Positions 26,829 to 41,635 of a DNA stretch of 64,000 nucleotides are shown one piece after another. The notes under the pieces are model-generated. The model ran no database searches. It was not told where the DNA came from and saw only the letters and a program-made list of their open reading frames with translations. Positions within the stretch are counted from its first letter, which is position 1, and each line of letters starts with the position of its first letter. Made by a program: the position numbers and the translations under genes. The stretch covers positions 118,792,001 to 118,856,000 of the forward strand of contig OX597820.1 in NCBI GenBank assembly GCA_951406725.2, read 5' to 3'. This DNA comes from Octopus vulgaris (Eukaryota).

Positions 26829-27130
26829 GAGACCCCCTTCGGCCATGAATGACCATCGGACTGCACTTAGAAAGTTACCCTCCGAGGCACAAGTCCGGGC
26901 AAGGTTGTTTGTAGAATGCCATCAGTCACCCATGCATACCAGCCACCCTTCTCCACAATACTGATTTCTACAGCTGAGTTAACTGGAGCAGTGTGAAATA
27001 AAGTGAAATAAAGTGAAATAAAGTGAAATAAAGTGTCTTGCTAAAGAACACAACAATCAACCCGGTCCGAGAATCGAACTCACAACCTCACGATCGTAAG
27101 CTCGACGCTCTAACCACTGAGTCATGCGCC
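26829..27130 (-). mobile_element. tRNA-derived SINE family D
   Basis: Homologous to 3821-4149; internal 4x GTGAAATAAA expansion and a central deletion. Confidence 0.85.
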
Positions 27131-27574
27131 TAGTACACTATTGCAAAGTACCCATAGAGCGAAAGCAAACATCTAATAGAGAATAACAGGAGCTAAATTT
27201 CAAATTAAAATTGTTGCAAAACGGGAACGAAACAAATGAAAATGTTTTCCTTTTATCTTCCCTAGTAGTTGTGAAGTACCAAACAGCAGGAGTGGTCGGT
27301 ATAGATAAATTTGTGATGAACCATAAAAGAAACAGTGAAAAGTTTAAAACCACACTTAAAATGTGATGCTAAATTCTGTTCATAGTGAACAGAATAAAGC
27401 GGGAAAATACGAAGAAACGCTGTTATATTATTACAAGGCTGTCGAGTGGAAGGCCCTGAAACGGTACGTACGCATTCTCTCCTGTTACCAAGTCTCTAAC
27501 TCTTCCAATGAAAATCTTTGTACATCTTCATTCCGCGGGTCGTGTATTTGTTGCTGTTTGAGTTACCGACAATA

Positions 27575-28350
27575 ATAATGGATTTGCTTTGAAATAGCCT
27601 TGACTTTGTTTTTTCCGGTCGTTTCGCTCTGCTTTATTTGTATTAAAAAATCGTTTCACTATGTTTATTTGATGCTTCCCTTCGCATGCATGTGTACGTT
27701 TTGTATAAATGATATAATCCTGTACTTCTTTATTTTCCAGGAGTATTTATTGTTCCTTAATCCATTCTGCATCTTCATTATGTTGTTTCTCATTTTCCCA
27801 TATCGTACTCCAGAAATTTTCCATATCCTCTTTCTTTGGCGGTTGCTCAACATCTATTTGTTGTTTACCTGGTTCCCTGTAAAATTTATTTCCATCTTTT
27901 TTAAATCATTTGTTTTATCTAAATAGTTTGCTTCTCTTTATATATCGTGTCAGTCGTTGTGCCTTTGCTTGAATTTTTTGCTTTAGATTTTCTTTTGCTT
28001 CAGGTATTTCATTTTTATTCATGTGATCCCATGCTTTTTGCATATTTTCTTGGATTTTCTTTGCTTGACCTGGTTTCCCTTACTTGTTTCAGTCAGTATT
28101 GATAGGTCGCCTCTCACGCATTGTGTATCCTTTTCTAAGTTCTCTTTCCATTTTGATTGTCTTTTCTTCTGTTGAGCAGTTTTCTCCCTTAGTTTTATGC
28201 CTTTTGCTTCAGGAATAGCTGCAGCAGTAGCATAGACCAGTTGGTTTTGCGATGTTATATTTAGTGGTTCTATCGTTGTTGATTTTATCTCATCTATTAC
28301 ATTATTGCCAATTTTAATCAACTCCTTCAGGTTCTTATCCATACCGACTT
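27575..28350 (-). mobile_element. R4/Dong-type non-LTR retrotransposon fragment (region N-terminal to RT)
   Basis: Minus-strand translation: QLVYATAAAI..KWKENLEKD..RGDLSIL..LKQKIQAKAQRLTRY..FYRE..ENFWSTIWENEKQHNEDAEW, with stops; abuts the (TAA)n array. Confidence 0.75.
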
Positions 28351-28351
28351 A

Positions 28352-29792
<1,441 letters not shown>

Positions 29793-30207
29793 GCGAATAC
29801 ATTATACAGTCAGATAGCATTGCCCCCGTCTTAGTTCTGTTTCATTGTTTGTTTACTGTGATGTTTATCGATGCCCCCCCCACCCATGAAAATAACAGAA
29901 GTGACATTTTTGAAATGAATTCTATTGCTTCTTTTTGCAAACCTTATAAAAACACATTAGCGGAAGCACAAGGTAGACTTCATAGGGTTTTTATGTCAGA
30001 GTCGATTGGTTTACCTCCATATAAACTAATATATCAATTTTATTGAACCCTGAGGGATTAAAGATTGATTCGATATTAAATTGTTGCGGGAAATCTCGAC
30101 AATGACTCACCAGCTAATTTACGGATGCTGTGAAATCACCAAAATTCATCTCTCTACTCTCTGTCTGTCTGTCTGTCTTTCTCTCTCTATATATGGTTTG
30201 AGGACAA

Positions 30208-30275
30208 TGCTGTTGTTGCTACTACTACTACAACTACTACTATTGCTGCTGCAGCTCCCGCTGCTGCTACTGCTG

Positions 30276-30317
<42 letters not shown>

Positions 30318-30322
30318 TTACC

Positions 30323-30357
<35 letters not shown>

Positions 30358-30362
30358 CGCCG

Positions 30363-30441
<79 letters not shown>

Positions 30442-30750
30442 CGCTGCTGCTGCTGTTGCTGCTGCCGTTGTCAATTATACAAATAATATGAAAAATAAAA
30501 AAAATAAAAAATGAAGACGAAGGAATAGAAAACAAAAAAAAATATATAAAGAATTCTGTGATGATTACGATAAATATGATGCTGTTGTCAGTGATGATGA
30601 TTACGATGATGATGATAATGAAGATTATGATGAGCATGATAATGATGTTCAAAATTAAGAAGTTGAGGAGGAGAGGAGGACAGGAGGAGGAAGAGAAGGA
30701 GAAGGAGGTGGATAGTGACGACGACGACGGCAATGTTGGTGGTGATGCTG
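30208..30750. repeat. (CTA/CTG/CCA)n and (GAT/GAG)n trinucleotide low-complexity region
   Basis: Directly visible. Confidence 0.9.
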
Positions 30751-31244
30751 TATAATATAAAGCTTGAAAGGAAATACAGACGATGGAGAACACAAAAAGA
30801 TGAGTCGATGCCTTTAGGCTCAAAAAGTAACTTTTTTTAGTCACCCGTAGCGATCCACACCTCGGAAACCCGACTGTTGTCATTGTCAAGCACTGAACAT
30901 CCTTTGTCGGTGCAAGAATCCAAGAGTTACACACTGAGTCCTTTTGCCTTCAAAAATGTTCTTAATAACACACGTTTCACTAGAAAATATGGATTGAACT
31001 TTAAACGTGTGGAGTAGCAAATTGAATGATTTACATATCAAAGACATCACTGCCGGTTCATGTTTTTTATATATATAATGTTTTTTTTTTTTCTGAGTTT
31101 AATTTTAGTTCTACTTGAGAGAGTTCAAGCTGGTTGCTAACGAAACAACATGTCTTTTGGAGTTAAGAAAGTTCTCGGTGATTGTAAACATGTGGTTGAG
31201 TTGCAGTATATATACATACATACATATGGACGTACGTAGGTGTG

Positions 31245-31489
31245 TCATTATTCAGTTTTATTTCAAATATTTCTCGTCAATAGAGAAAGACTCGGTTTCT
31301 AACCTTTATCTATGAAACCTTCACTGGAATTTCAACATCAACAACAACGTGGAAATTTGTATGTTTTGCTTTATGTATGTATTCGCATGTATTTACTTGC
31401 ATATCTAGACATGTTCATATATATATAAATGATAAACTTCTGGAAAGTCTTACAGATTTTTACAGTTCTAGTGATGGCTTAGATCTGTA
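31245..31489 (-). mobile_element. 3' end of a restriction-like-endonuclease (RLE) type LINE, same family as 52180 and 61169
   Basis: [15 protein letters not shown]-terminus and a 3' UTR ending ..CTGAATAATGA, shared with the other two copies. Confidence 0.7.
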
Positions 31490-31521
31490 CACCATCATAC
31501 AGACTCTTGTACATATACATA

Positions 31522-31954
<433 letters not shown>

Positions 31955-32706
31955 CGTGTGTGTGTGTGAGCGTGTGTGTGTGAGTGTATACAGGGTTCTA
32001 ATTGTCTGTAATTTACTAAAAAAAAACCTCGGTGACTGATTCATTGCGGGACTTCAATCTTTGCCACTGATAAACTAAATAACACTTATTTATTTAGCAT
32101 TTTACCAAGACAATAGCGACTGTCCGCGGAGTTATGATATTGTGAATATATCGACCAGCATCCGTTTCAACAGCACTACACACATTATTGTCCATGGGAA
32201 TTAAATTCGGTAAGTTTGAAGGTTTCGGGTTTGACATTACATAATGGTATTAATTGTCTGATATTCATTCTTGGGTCTCGGAGTATTTGTGAGAAGGTGG
32301 TGAGTCTCGTTCAAACGCATAAGTTCTTCCACTGCGTACTTCATCCATCCAGGGTTTAACAATATTTTTGTCAGCACCTCAACTTATCTAGTATTTTTAC
32401 TTCTAAGACCTTGCAGAAGGGTGGTGTCACGTGGCATGACATAACCTTCATTACTCACCATTCCTGAAACCAACGTAGTTGCTGGAAATTTGGTGTGCAT
32501 CATTTCGAGCAAAAATTCAGGTGCTGACCATTAGATTGAAAAGCATAACAAGAGCTTACATAATTGAGTTTGATTCAGAAAATATCAAGATTTTGGCCGG
32601 TGGCTACAACTAAATTGCATCAAGTTGGAATTATTATGGAAAACCTAAAACATTGAAGAAGAGAATTGCTTTAAATACCTAATATCTCCAATGAACATTT
32701 ACAAGA

Positions 32707-33092
32707 GTTAAATAATGTAAATATAGATGATCCCAAATTGGCTAGATGGTCATGCCTGGGTTGTATTATATTACAGCAAGGATATGATCTTGGATAAACA
32801 AGAACAACAATAATGACAAAAATAACAGCAAACTGTTTTCCATACGAACGTCAAATTGTGTAACTTGCTGCTGAGCTGAACTTTTCTTGGCGATGAGGTG
32901 GGAGAATAGGCATATTTACGGCCGATTTGGAACATAAAATCTAGTCCCAATTGAAATTCTTGAAAAAACTTTTGAAAAACTTGTTGGCATGCATCATTAT
33001 GTAATCCTTATGTAATGTTAAATAAGGTAAATGTAGATGATCCCAAATTGACTAGATGGTCATGCCTGGGTTGTATTATATTACAGCAAGGA
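32707..33092 (+). repeat. 76-bp direct duplication (32707-32782 and 33017-33092)
   Basis: GTTAAATAA..GATGATCCCAAATTG..CAGCAAGGA, 3 substitutions. The peptide DPKLARWS weakly resembles the end of Ty3/Gypsy RNase H. Confidence 0.85.
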
Positions 33093-33519
33093 GCTTGCAG
33101 ACCCTCCGACCTTGCAGACCCTCCGAGCTTGCAGACCCTCCGAGCTTGCAGACCCTCCGATCTTGCAGACACCAACAGAAGTGCCATCTCCTACGAACAG
33201 AACAGGTTTGCAAAGGCCCAAAGTAAACACGAACTAATCAAGTCCAGAGCAACCTCGGTGTTTTCAGTCCCAACAGAAATGTTGTGTCCGATTGGGGGTA
33301 GACCCTCCGAGCTTGCAGACCCTCCGAAATTGCAGACCCTCCGAGCTTGAAGACCCTCCGAGCCTGCAGACCCTCCGAGATTGCAGACCCTCCGAGATTG
33401 CAGACCCTCAGAGCTTGCAGACCCTCCGAGATTGCAGACCCACCGAGCTTGCAGACCCTCCGAGATTGCAGACACTCCAAGATTGCAGACCCTCCGAGCT
33501 TGCAGACCCTCCGAGATTG
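33091..33519. repeat. Bipartite 17-bp minisatellite (GAGCTTGCAGACCCTCC)
   Basis: About 5 units at 33091-33173 and 13 units at 33300-33519, separated by ~126 bp of unique DNA. Confidence 0.95.
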
Positions 33520-34137
33520 AATGGCGAAAGCCGGTGCTTGACGTCTCCCGTATGATGTCCTTGGTCATCGTCGACAACGACGGACGAACTAATAATATAT
33601 TCGGAATACGATCACATGTACGGCTTTCCGATACAATTATTCGAGCAAAACACCAACAATCAACAGAACAATGAACAGAAAACCAAGGTAACAACAACCT
33701 CCTCAGCTCACAATAAAAGAAAACCAAAAAAAAAAAAAAAAAAAAACAAATGAAAGGAGAAAAAAGAAAAAAGAGCTAATTCGAAAAATCGATGAAAAAC
33801 AGAAGATTGTTTCCTTTAAACAAAGACAACAAGAGAAAGAAAAAAACTGTTGTTTGATTGTTTGAACTTAATGGTTTACGACGCAAGGAAAAAAATTAAA
33901 AAGATTTATTAAAGGCTGACGGACGCTTTTCCAAAGTATCATTTTTAATTTTAAAGACTGTCACATATGATAACATATTCTTAAGAATTCAACTTACTCA
34001 AGCAGTTTTGACGCAAACACTCGCCCCCACACAGCCCATTCCCCCACTCTCTCTCTCACTCTCTCCCACTCTCTCTCTCTCTCTCAACGTAATTTCCTCA
34101 CTTATTTTCCTCTAGTGTGTGTGTATATATATATATA

Positions 34138-34246
<109 letters not shown>

Positions 34247-34667
34247 TGTATGTGTATGATTTTGTGAAAATTAAATATTTGCTATTTGATTTTATTTTCT
34301 ATATACCGTTGCGTCCGTGATATATAATTATGTATGTGTGCATGTGTGTGCGTATGTGCGCGTGTAGCGTGTTTGTGTGAGTGCGTGAGTGCATCATGTA
34401 TCTATTTAATGTATATGAATATACATGCCTAAATGTATATGGTTTGAAAATATTTACATATATTTTTTAAAAACATATTAGTCTCTGCATCGTTATTCCT
34501 GAATACCTACGCATTTAGAGGCGGAAAAGGGAATTATTCCCCCAAAATGACTGTTATTTCTCACCGATTCCTAACCGAAACATGAACGGTTTTCTGGAAA
34601 GTTCCCAACAATACCAAAGCATCATCATCATCAAGAACAACAACAACAACGACAAAATTGATAACTG

Positions 34668-34945
34668 CTCTCTTTACTCTTTTACTTGTTTCAGTCATTT
34701 GACTGCGGCCATGCTGAAGCACCGCCTTTAATCGAGCAACTCGACCCCGGGGCTTATTCTTTTGTAAGCCCAGTACTTATTCTATCGGTCTCTTTTGCCG
34801 AACCGCTAGGTGACGGGGACATAAACACACCAGCATCGGTTGTCAAGCAATGCTAGGGGGACAAACACAGACACACAAACATACACGTACACCTGCTCTT
34901 TTCAAGTGAGTTGAACGACCTGTCAGGGTCATTCCTTAATACTTT

Positions 34946-34991
<46 letters not shown>

Positions 34992-35145
34992 TAATACGGG
35001 CTTCTTTCAGTTTCCGTCTACCAAATCCACTCACAAGGCTTTGGTCGGCCCGAGGCTATAGTAGAAGACACTTGCCCAAGGTGCCACGCAGTGGGACTGA
35101 ACCCGGAACCATGTGGTTGGTAAGCAAGCTACTTACCACACAGCC
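34668..35145 (-). mobile_element. SINE family A with a ~55-bp foreign insertion in its internal microsatellite
   Basis: Head and tail as in 16098-16520; extra sequence at 34891-34946. Confidence 0.92.
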
Positions 35146-35356
35146 GTTTCTGATTCTGGCAAAAGGTCGGCAATTTGGAGTAGATGGCTTCCCTGATACC
35201 ATCGCCTGAAGGAACTCTTTTTATCGATCCTAGAAAAATGTCGATCTCCACAATATTTCCAGTCACAATATAACGCACCCGAAGAAATACCTCGAAGCGT
35301 TTTTCCTGACATCCCGCTATCGAGTGTGCCATCTGGCAGGCTTACCCCTCGTCATC

Positions 35357-35408
<52 letters not shown>

Positions 35409-35451
35409 AACAACAACAACAACAACAACAACAACAGTTACTGCCACTATA

Positions 35452-35498
<47 letters not shown>

Positions 35499-35509
35499 AG
35501 CTACTACTG

Positions 35510-35566
<57 letters not shown>

Positions 35567-35626
35567 TTTCTGCTACTACTACTACTTCTACTAGTACTAC
35601 TACAACAGCTGCTACTGCGGCTGCTG

Positions 35627-35661
<35 letters not shown>

Positions 35662-35662
35662 G
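35357..35662. repeat. (CTA/CAA/CTG)n microsatellite
   Basis: Directly visible. Confidence 0.95.
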
Positions 35663-35664
35663 AT

Positions 35665-36750
35665 AATGAAAGAAATTAGAGAAAGACCTCACTGGATGCA
35701 AAAGCTGTGTTCTCAAAGAAGAAAACAGTTTGGAGATGGTACTTCGAACAACAAATTGAACTCCTAGTTGCAGCTGTTAGAAATAGCAACACGATACCTT
35801 CTGAAAATGTGACGCTTTGAAGTAAAACAAAACGAAGAGAAATACAATGAAAATAATAAGAAGAATATTGCATTTCGGGGCGGTCATTTTTTTTTTGTTT
35901 TTGGCCAAATATGATAATCCTTTCTACTAAAGACACAAGACCTGAAATTTCGATAAGCTGCACCCAGGAACAAGCTCTGAAAACTAACACACAAAGTTCC
36001 AAATCGATAAGATCACGAATCATCACTTTGAAGGATGTGTGGCAGCAAAAACGAAGCCATCGAATATATTGTGCGTGACTGTAGCAAGCTGACCACAAAA
36101 GCACCACAAAAGTAGGCACGAAAACGTGGCTAAATTTGTCTACTGGAGGCTATGCGAAAAGTACGGCCTGAACCGAGCACGGAAATAGTACGAACCAGGA
36201 GTCACCGAGAACAAGGAACATAAGATACTGTGGGATTTTACAATCCAATTTGACTCCCTAATTGATACTCGGAGACCAAATATTGTTGTGGTAGATAAAG
36301 GGGGAAAAAAAGGAAACCAAGATGAATGATATTGCAATATCTGGAGATGCACGCATAAATGATAAAGGACTAGAAAAAAATTGAAAAGTACGGACTATTA
36401 AAAGACGAAATTTCAAGAATGTGGACTATGTGGAGAGTGTCTGTCCTTCCAGTTGTCGTAGGAACACTCGGAACACAAACAACCAATTTCGAGGAATATG
36501 TCAAAGAAATCAGAATTGACATGAGAGCAGAGCAAGCCAAAAAACTGCCTTGCTGGGGACAGTTAAGATATTGAGAGTGGTAATTGGATGTTGAATGTTT
36601 TACACGATAATTAACAACCAAGTACCAAAGCTTATAATGTGCGTAAAGAGACCCTGTGAAATCTCTAACTGCAGGCTTTTGGCCGCTCTCACAGATTCTA
36701 CTTGAGCAAACAAAACCGAACGTTCTGAAAAGTAAAACAATAATAATAAC
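35665..36750 (+). mobile_element. R4/Dong-type LINE 3' fragment with zinc-knuckle remnant and restriction-like endonuclease
   Basis: Frameshifted translation: QEQALKTN..RMCGSKNEAIEYIVRDCSKL..RHENVAKFVYWRLC..KILWDFTIQFD..RRPNIVVVDK..EKYGLLKDEISRMW..VLPVVVGTLG..LLGTVKILR; the 3' UTR ends in (AAT)n. Confidence 0.85.
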
Positions 36751-36769
36751 CTTTTCTAGTATAAGTACT

Positions 36770-37230
36770 GGTCCTGTAAGGAGGAACTGTCTTGGTATAA
36801 AAGATGGGCTACATCTAATATTCTGCTCAATACCAGAGATTTGCTTGTCAATTGTTTGACCTTAATCAGTAGAGCATATCCCTTGGTGGTTGACGATATG
36901 TGCACCTCTGATCACGGGCAGAAGTTGTGGGGGAACACGATAGCCAAGTATTGAAAGGAAATCTCTGGGTTTTGAATAATTCACCTCTGGAAACATGGAT
37001 ATTTCGTTCAACCTCATTAAGGTACCCTTATTCAGGGAACTTTTGAGCGGGATGGTCTAATCGACCTGAAGAAAATTCTACCTGGGCCCCACCTGCAAGG
37101 TCATGCGCCGTTTGTCTTGATGTGAGATCACCATGTCGCGTACATATGGTTGTGATGCATGAGCCTGGTGTACTCTTATCAGACGGGTAGTCATGATGGG
37201 TATACTGGGCTTCGTATGTTTACCCAAGTG
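36770..37230 (-). mobile_element. Unclassified interspersed repeat (probable non-autonomous retroposon)
   Basis: Higher-GC block between two LINE fragments, resembling a high-copy cephalopod repeat from recollection; no ORF. Confidence 0.4.
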
Positions 37231-37259
37231 GAATACACTGCTCTCTCAATAATAATAAT

Positions 37260-37464
37260 CTCACCTTTATCTAACATGCTAAACAGAACTGGATATGGAT
37301 ACATCTGTTACGGCAAAACAATTAGCCACCTCTTATATACGGATGACCTAAAACTGTACGCTACAAATGATAAACAGCTGGAAACATTGCTACAGACAGT
37401 ACATGGATGTACCAAAGAAATAGACATGAAATTTGGATTAGAAAAATGTGCCAAAGTAACCCTG
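37260..37464 (+). mobile_element. R4/Dong-type LINE reverse-transcriptase fragment
   Basis: PLSNMLNRTGYGY..ISHLLYTDDLKLYA..IDMKFGLEKCAKV (YxDD region); directly preceded by (AAT)4. Confidence 0.88.
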
Positions 37465-37740
37465 AAATCGACCTCGGCGGAATTTAAATTCAAAACGTAT
37501 CGGCAGGCAAAATACATATTTCTTTACTACCCACAAGGGGCTAAAAACAGAGGGGGCGAACAAGGACAGACAAACGGATTCTGTCGATTATATCGACTCC
37601 AGTGCGTAACTGGTACTTATTTAATCGACCCCCGAAAGGATGAAAGGCAAAGTCGACCTCGGCGGAATTTGAACTCAGAACGTAGCGGCAGACGAAATAC
37701 CGCTAAGCATTTCCTCCGACGTACTAACGATTCTACCAGC
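37465..37740 (-). mobile_element. SINE family B plus the start of a second tandem body
   Basis: Copy at 37517-37740, followed on the minus strand by GTATTTTGCCTGCCG..GAGGTCGA. Confidence 0.9.
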
Positions 37741-37830
37741 TGTTGTCATCGTGCAGAGCTATAATATAAGCATTCCACAGAATTGTTTCACAGAATTTTG
37801 GCCAACAAAATACATTTCTCAGATCTATAT

Positions 37831-38497
37831 ATTATTTACATTATTTACATTATTTACATTTGACATCAGGACAGTATTCAAAAGCAGTACAATACTTCTC
37901 AAATATCTCTTCTGAGTAAATCCACCATAGAAGAGAATATGGCTAAGAACTGCATGTACCCCATCCCATGCAGCTGTGGTAGGTTATACAAAAGCGAAGC
38001 ATGCGCCCCCTCAAAATAAGGGTAGACGAACATCGCAAAGCTGTGACACGAGGATATATTGATAAATCGGGTATAGTTGATCATGTATGGAAAAATGGAG
38101 ACCACGTCCCCCTGTGGGATGAAGTTAAAATAATAGACAGAGAACACCACTGGAAAATACGAAAACTAAAAGAAGCAGCACAAATGCTAGGACACAACAA
38201 CCTCCTCAGCAGAGTGCAGATATGAATAGCATATGGAAACAGGAAGGATAGGAAAATATTAGATTTATAAGCCCTAAAATTTACTCAATAATTGCTCACA
38301 GGCATATGGCGTAGTGGTTAAGAGCAGGGGCTACTAACGCCAATAATAATAACATCGAAAAATACCTTAGGGATGAGAACCTAGGTTCAAAATTTCCCCC
38401 AGACACCTGATGAAGGCTGGAGGGTATATCAGCCGAAATGTGTTAAAACAAACAAGACAAGGACAAATATCCGTCAAATGTAAATAATGTAAATAAC
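37831..38497 (+). mobile_element. 5'-truncated Penelope-like element: GIY-YIG endonuclease end plus terminal repeat, with an inverted end copy
   Basis: KNCMYPIPCSCGRLYKSE../RPLKIRVDEHRK..SGIVDHVW..KIIDREHHWKIRKLKEA (frameshifted GIY-YIG); TTATTTACATTATTTACATTTGAC at the left is the inverse of GTCAAATGTAAATAATGTAAATAA at the right. Confidence 0.88.
38402..38444 (+). ncRNA. Hammerhead ribozyme motif in a PLE terminal repeat (stem III deleted in this copy)
   Basis: GACAC - CTGATGA A - GGCTG gagggtatat CAGCC - GAAA - T - GTGTT; the homolog at 60289-60334 retains GAAAAGTTGTG. Confidence 0.65.
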
Positions 38498-39494
38498 GAA
38501 AATACATTTTAATCGTTTTAAATATGTTTACAGATTTTCTCTAGAATTTAGAGCCAACATTGAAATTTATGAGATTTCAGATATGGATATGTCTATGTAA
38601 ACAATGTGACTGAAGATAGAAAAAATAGGTAAAGGGCGTGTATATGCAAAATCAGGGGGTCCTGCGCCTTCTCTAGGCCCACATCGCATTAAACATTCAC
38701 GAACACATTGCTTAAACAGCCACAATGTTTAGTGCTGTGACAGTTGGTTCGGCCAAGTTTACATGTTAAATACATTCCTGGAGACTGGCAGGTAGTCATT
38801 AATTGCTGAGAAGGACACGATATTTCGTTTTACATCCATAATGTGCAACAAATTATGTTAAAGGTTTATAAGATAAAGTTAAAAGTGATTGAATCACGAT
38901 CCTAGCACAAAAACAGGACCCAATATGGATTTATTACTCTTTAATATACTCGGGAGTACATTACGGCTGCAATATGAAATACGGTGTCCCTACAAGATTT
39001 TTAATACATTTTTAATATACTCTTTCCTGTGATGGTAAATAGTGATATGAAGACTATTTAGCTCTTTTTTCTAGCAGGTGGAGCGATCTCACCGAAGCAT
39101 TATCATTTTTTTGTGCTCTTTTTACCGTTGCTATAAATGAAACATCTACAAATACATTACGGTAAAATCAATTCATCAGATTCTTTTTCCGAAAGTTATT
39201 GACCTCTCCAATTCCAAGACAGAGACAGACGAACAAAGACTCACACACAATAAAAAACTGTTTGGTATTCTTTTCTTGTCTTCAGTTTTCTTTTTCCTTT
39301 TCTTTTCTTTCTCCACTGTTTCTTGGCCACATTTAAAATGACAAAGAATCATTCGTGTTTATCTCGGTAATTAGGAACATAATTCCTTCTCTTTAAGATT
39401 TAATATTTCTTTTGTGTTGCCTTTTATTTTTGCAGCATCTTTGACGAACATTTTCATTTTTAGTTTCCCAATACACACACAGACAGACACACAC

Positions 39495-39962
39495 ACACAC
39501 GCACATACACACACATACATGCATATAGATACACACAGTCACTCACACACACAGACACTCACACACACACATACATAAATTCTATAATTGTATGTACGTA
39601 TGTATGCACCTGTGTATGTACATCCATAATACATACATACATACACATACAGAGATTTATACAGGTGTATATGTATATATATAAACAGATATATATGTGT
39701 GTATGTATTAGTGAATATGTGCATGTATATAAACATATATACGTGTATTATGTGGCGATCTTTATACACACACACACAGACATACACACACACGCACATA
39801 CACACACATACATGCATATAGACACACACACAGTCAATCACACACACAGACACTCACACACACACACACATACATAAATTCTATATTTGTATGTACGTAT
39901 GTATGCATCTCTGTATGTTCATCCATAATACATACATACACATACAGAGATTTATACAGGTG

Positions 39963-40005
<43 letters not shown>

Positions 40006-40112
40006 ACAGATATATATGTGTGTATGTATTAGTGAATATGTGCATGTATATAAACATATATACATGTATTATGTGGCGATCTTTATACACACACACACAC
40101 ACACAGATACAC
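39495..40112 (+). repeat. ~300-bp tandem duplication of a compound microsatellite unit
   Basis: The unique anchors CATAAATTCTATA, CATCCATAATAC, AGAGATTTATACAGGTG and TATGTGGCGATCTTTATAC each occur twice in the same order. Confidence 0.88.
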
Positions 40113-40309
40113 ACCCAGATAAAACACGTTATCTCAGCTCTGTATACTTTTGCATTAGTCTATCATAGAGACATAAACGTATCGTCCTTTGCGCTTTAAT
40201 TTACAATTTCAATATGACGCCCACACACACCTCCCCCCACACGCCCACACTCCATCCACTGATACACAGATTCTAACACAACTATGTAGACATAACTGAA
40301 AGCACAACT

Positions 40310-40914
<605 letters not shown>

Positions 40915-41388
40915 GTTTAAACTTTCATTTCATCATGATATCATAGGCCTAATTCAGCCTGTAGAATACACCTCACTTGGATAGTTACCTCTTCCGAGGT
41001 TCCGCTCAATATGGAACATATATAACCATGATCTTATCTACTCCATTCCTTAACTCTTGTATAATTATTCGCATTCCTGGTAGCCCTAGTTGTCTATCGC
41101 AAAATATAAAGACGTTTTTTTTTTTTCAATTTATCGTACTTCGATAAGACAAAAATCCATTCTTTTCCGTTTCAATAAACCATTATTGTCCCTGAAATTT
41201 TTTTTTTTTTGTTAATATTTACTACAGACTGTTTGAAGCTAACTTTCTTCCTACATCTCGATCCTTGGACTTTATATAAATACATACATACATTCATACA
41301 TACATACATACATACATACATACATACATACATACATACATACATGCATATATATATATGGATATATATACATATACATATATATATT

Positions 41389-41420
<32 letters not shown>

Positions 41421-41593
41421 TATATATGTGCATACGTATAGATGTAAGTATGATCATATATGTATGTATATATGTATACATATAAATATGTATATATATA
41501 CATATATATTGTTATGTTATTATATGATTGAACGCCACGCATTCTCTCCCATGAATATATATATATATATATGCGTGCCTGTGTGTGTGTGTG

Positions 41594-41624
<31 letters not shown>

Positions 41625-41635
41625 ATGTATATATA

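Noticed and set aside
33091-33519. CRISPR-like array
   Set aside because: The units are directly tandem without unique spacers, the context is eukaryotic and there are no cas genes.
37159-37764. 201-aa ORF as a gene
   Set aside because: Chance in-frame fusion of an unclassified repeat, a LINE RT fragment and an antisense SINE.
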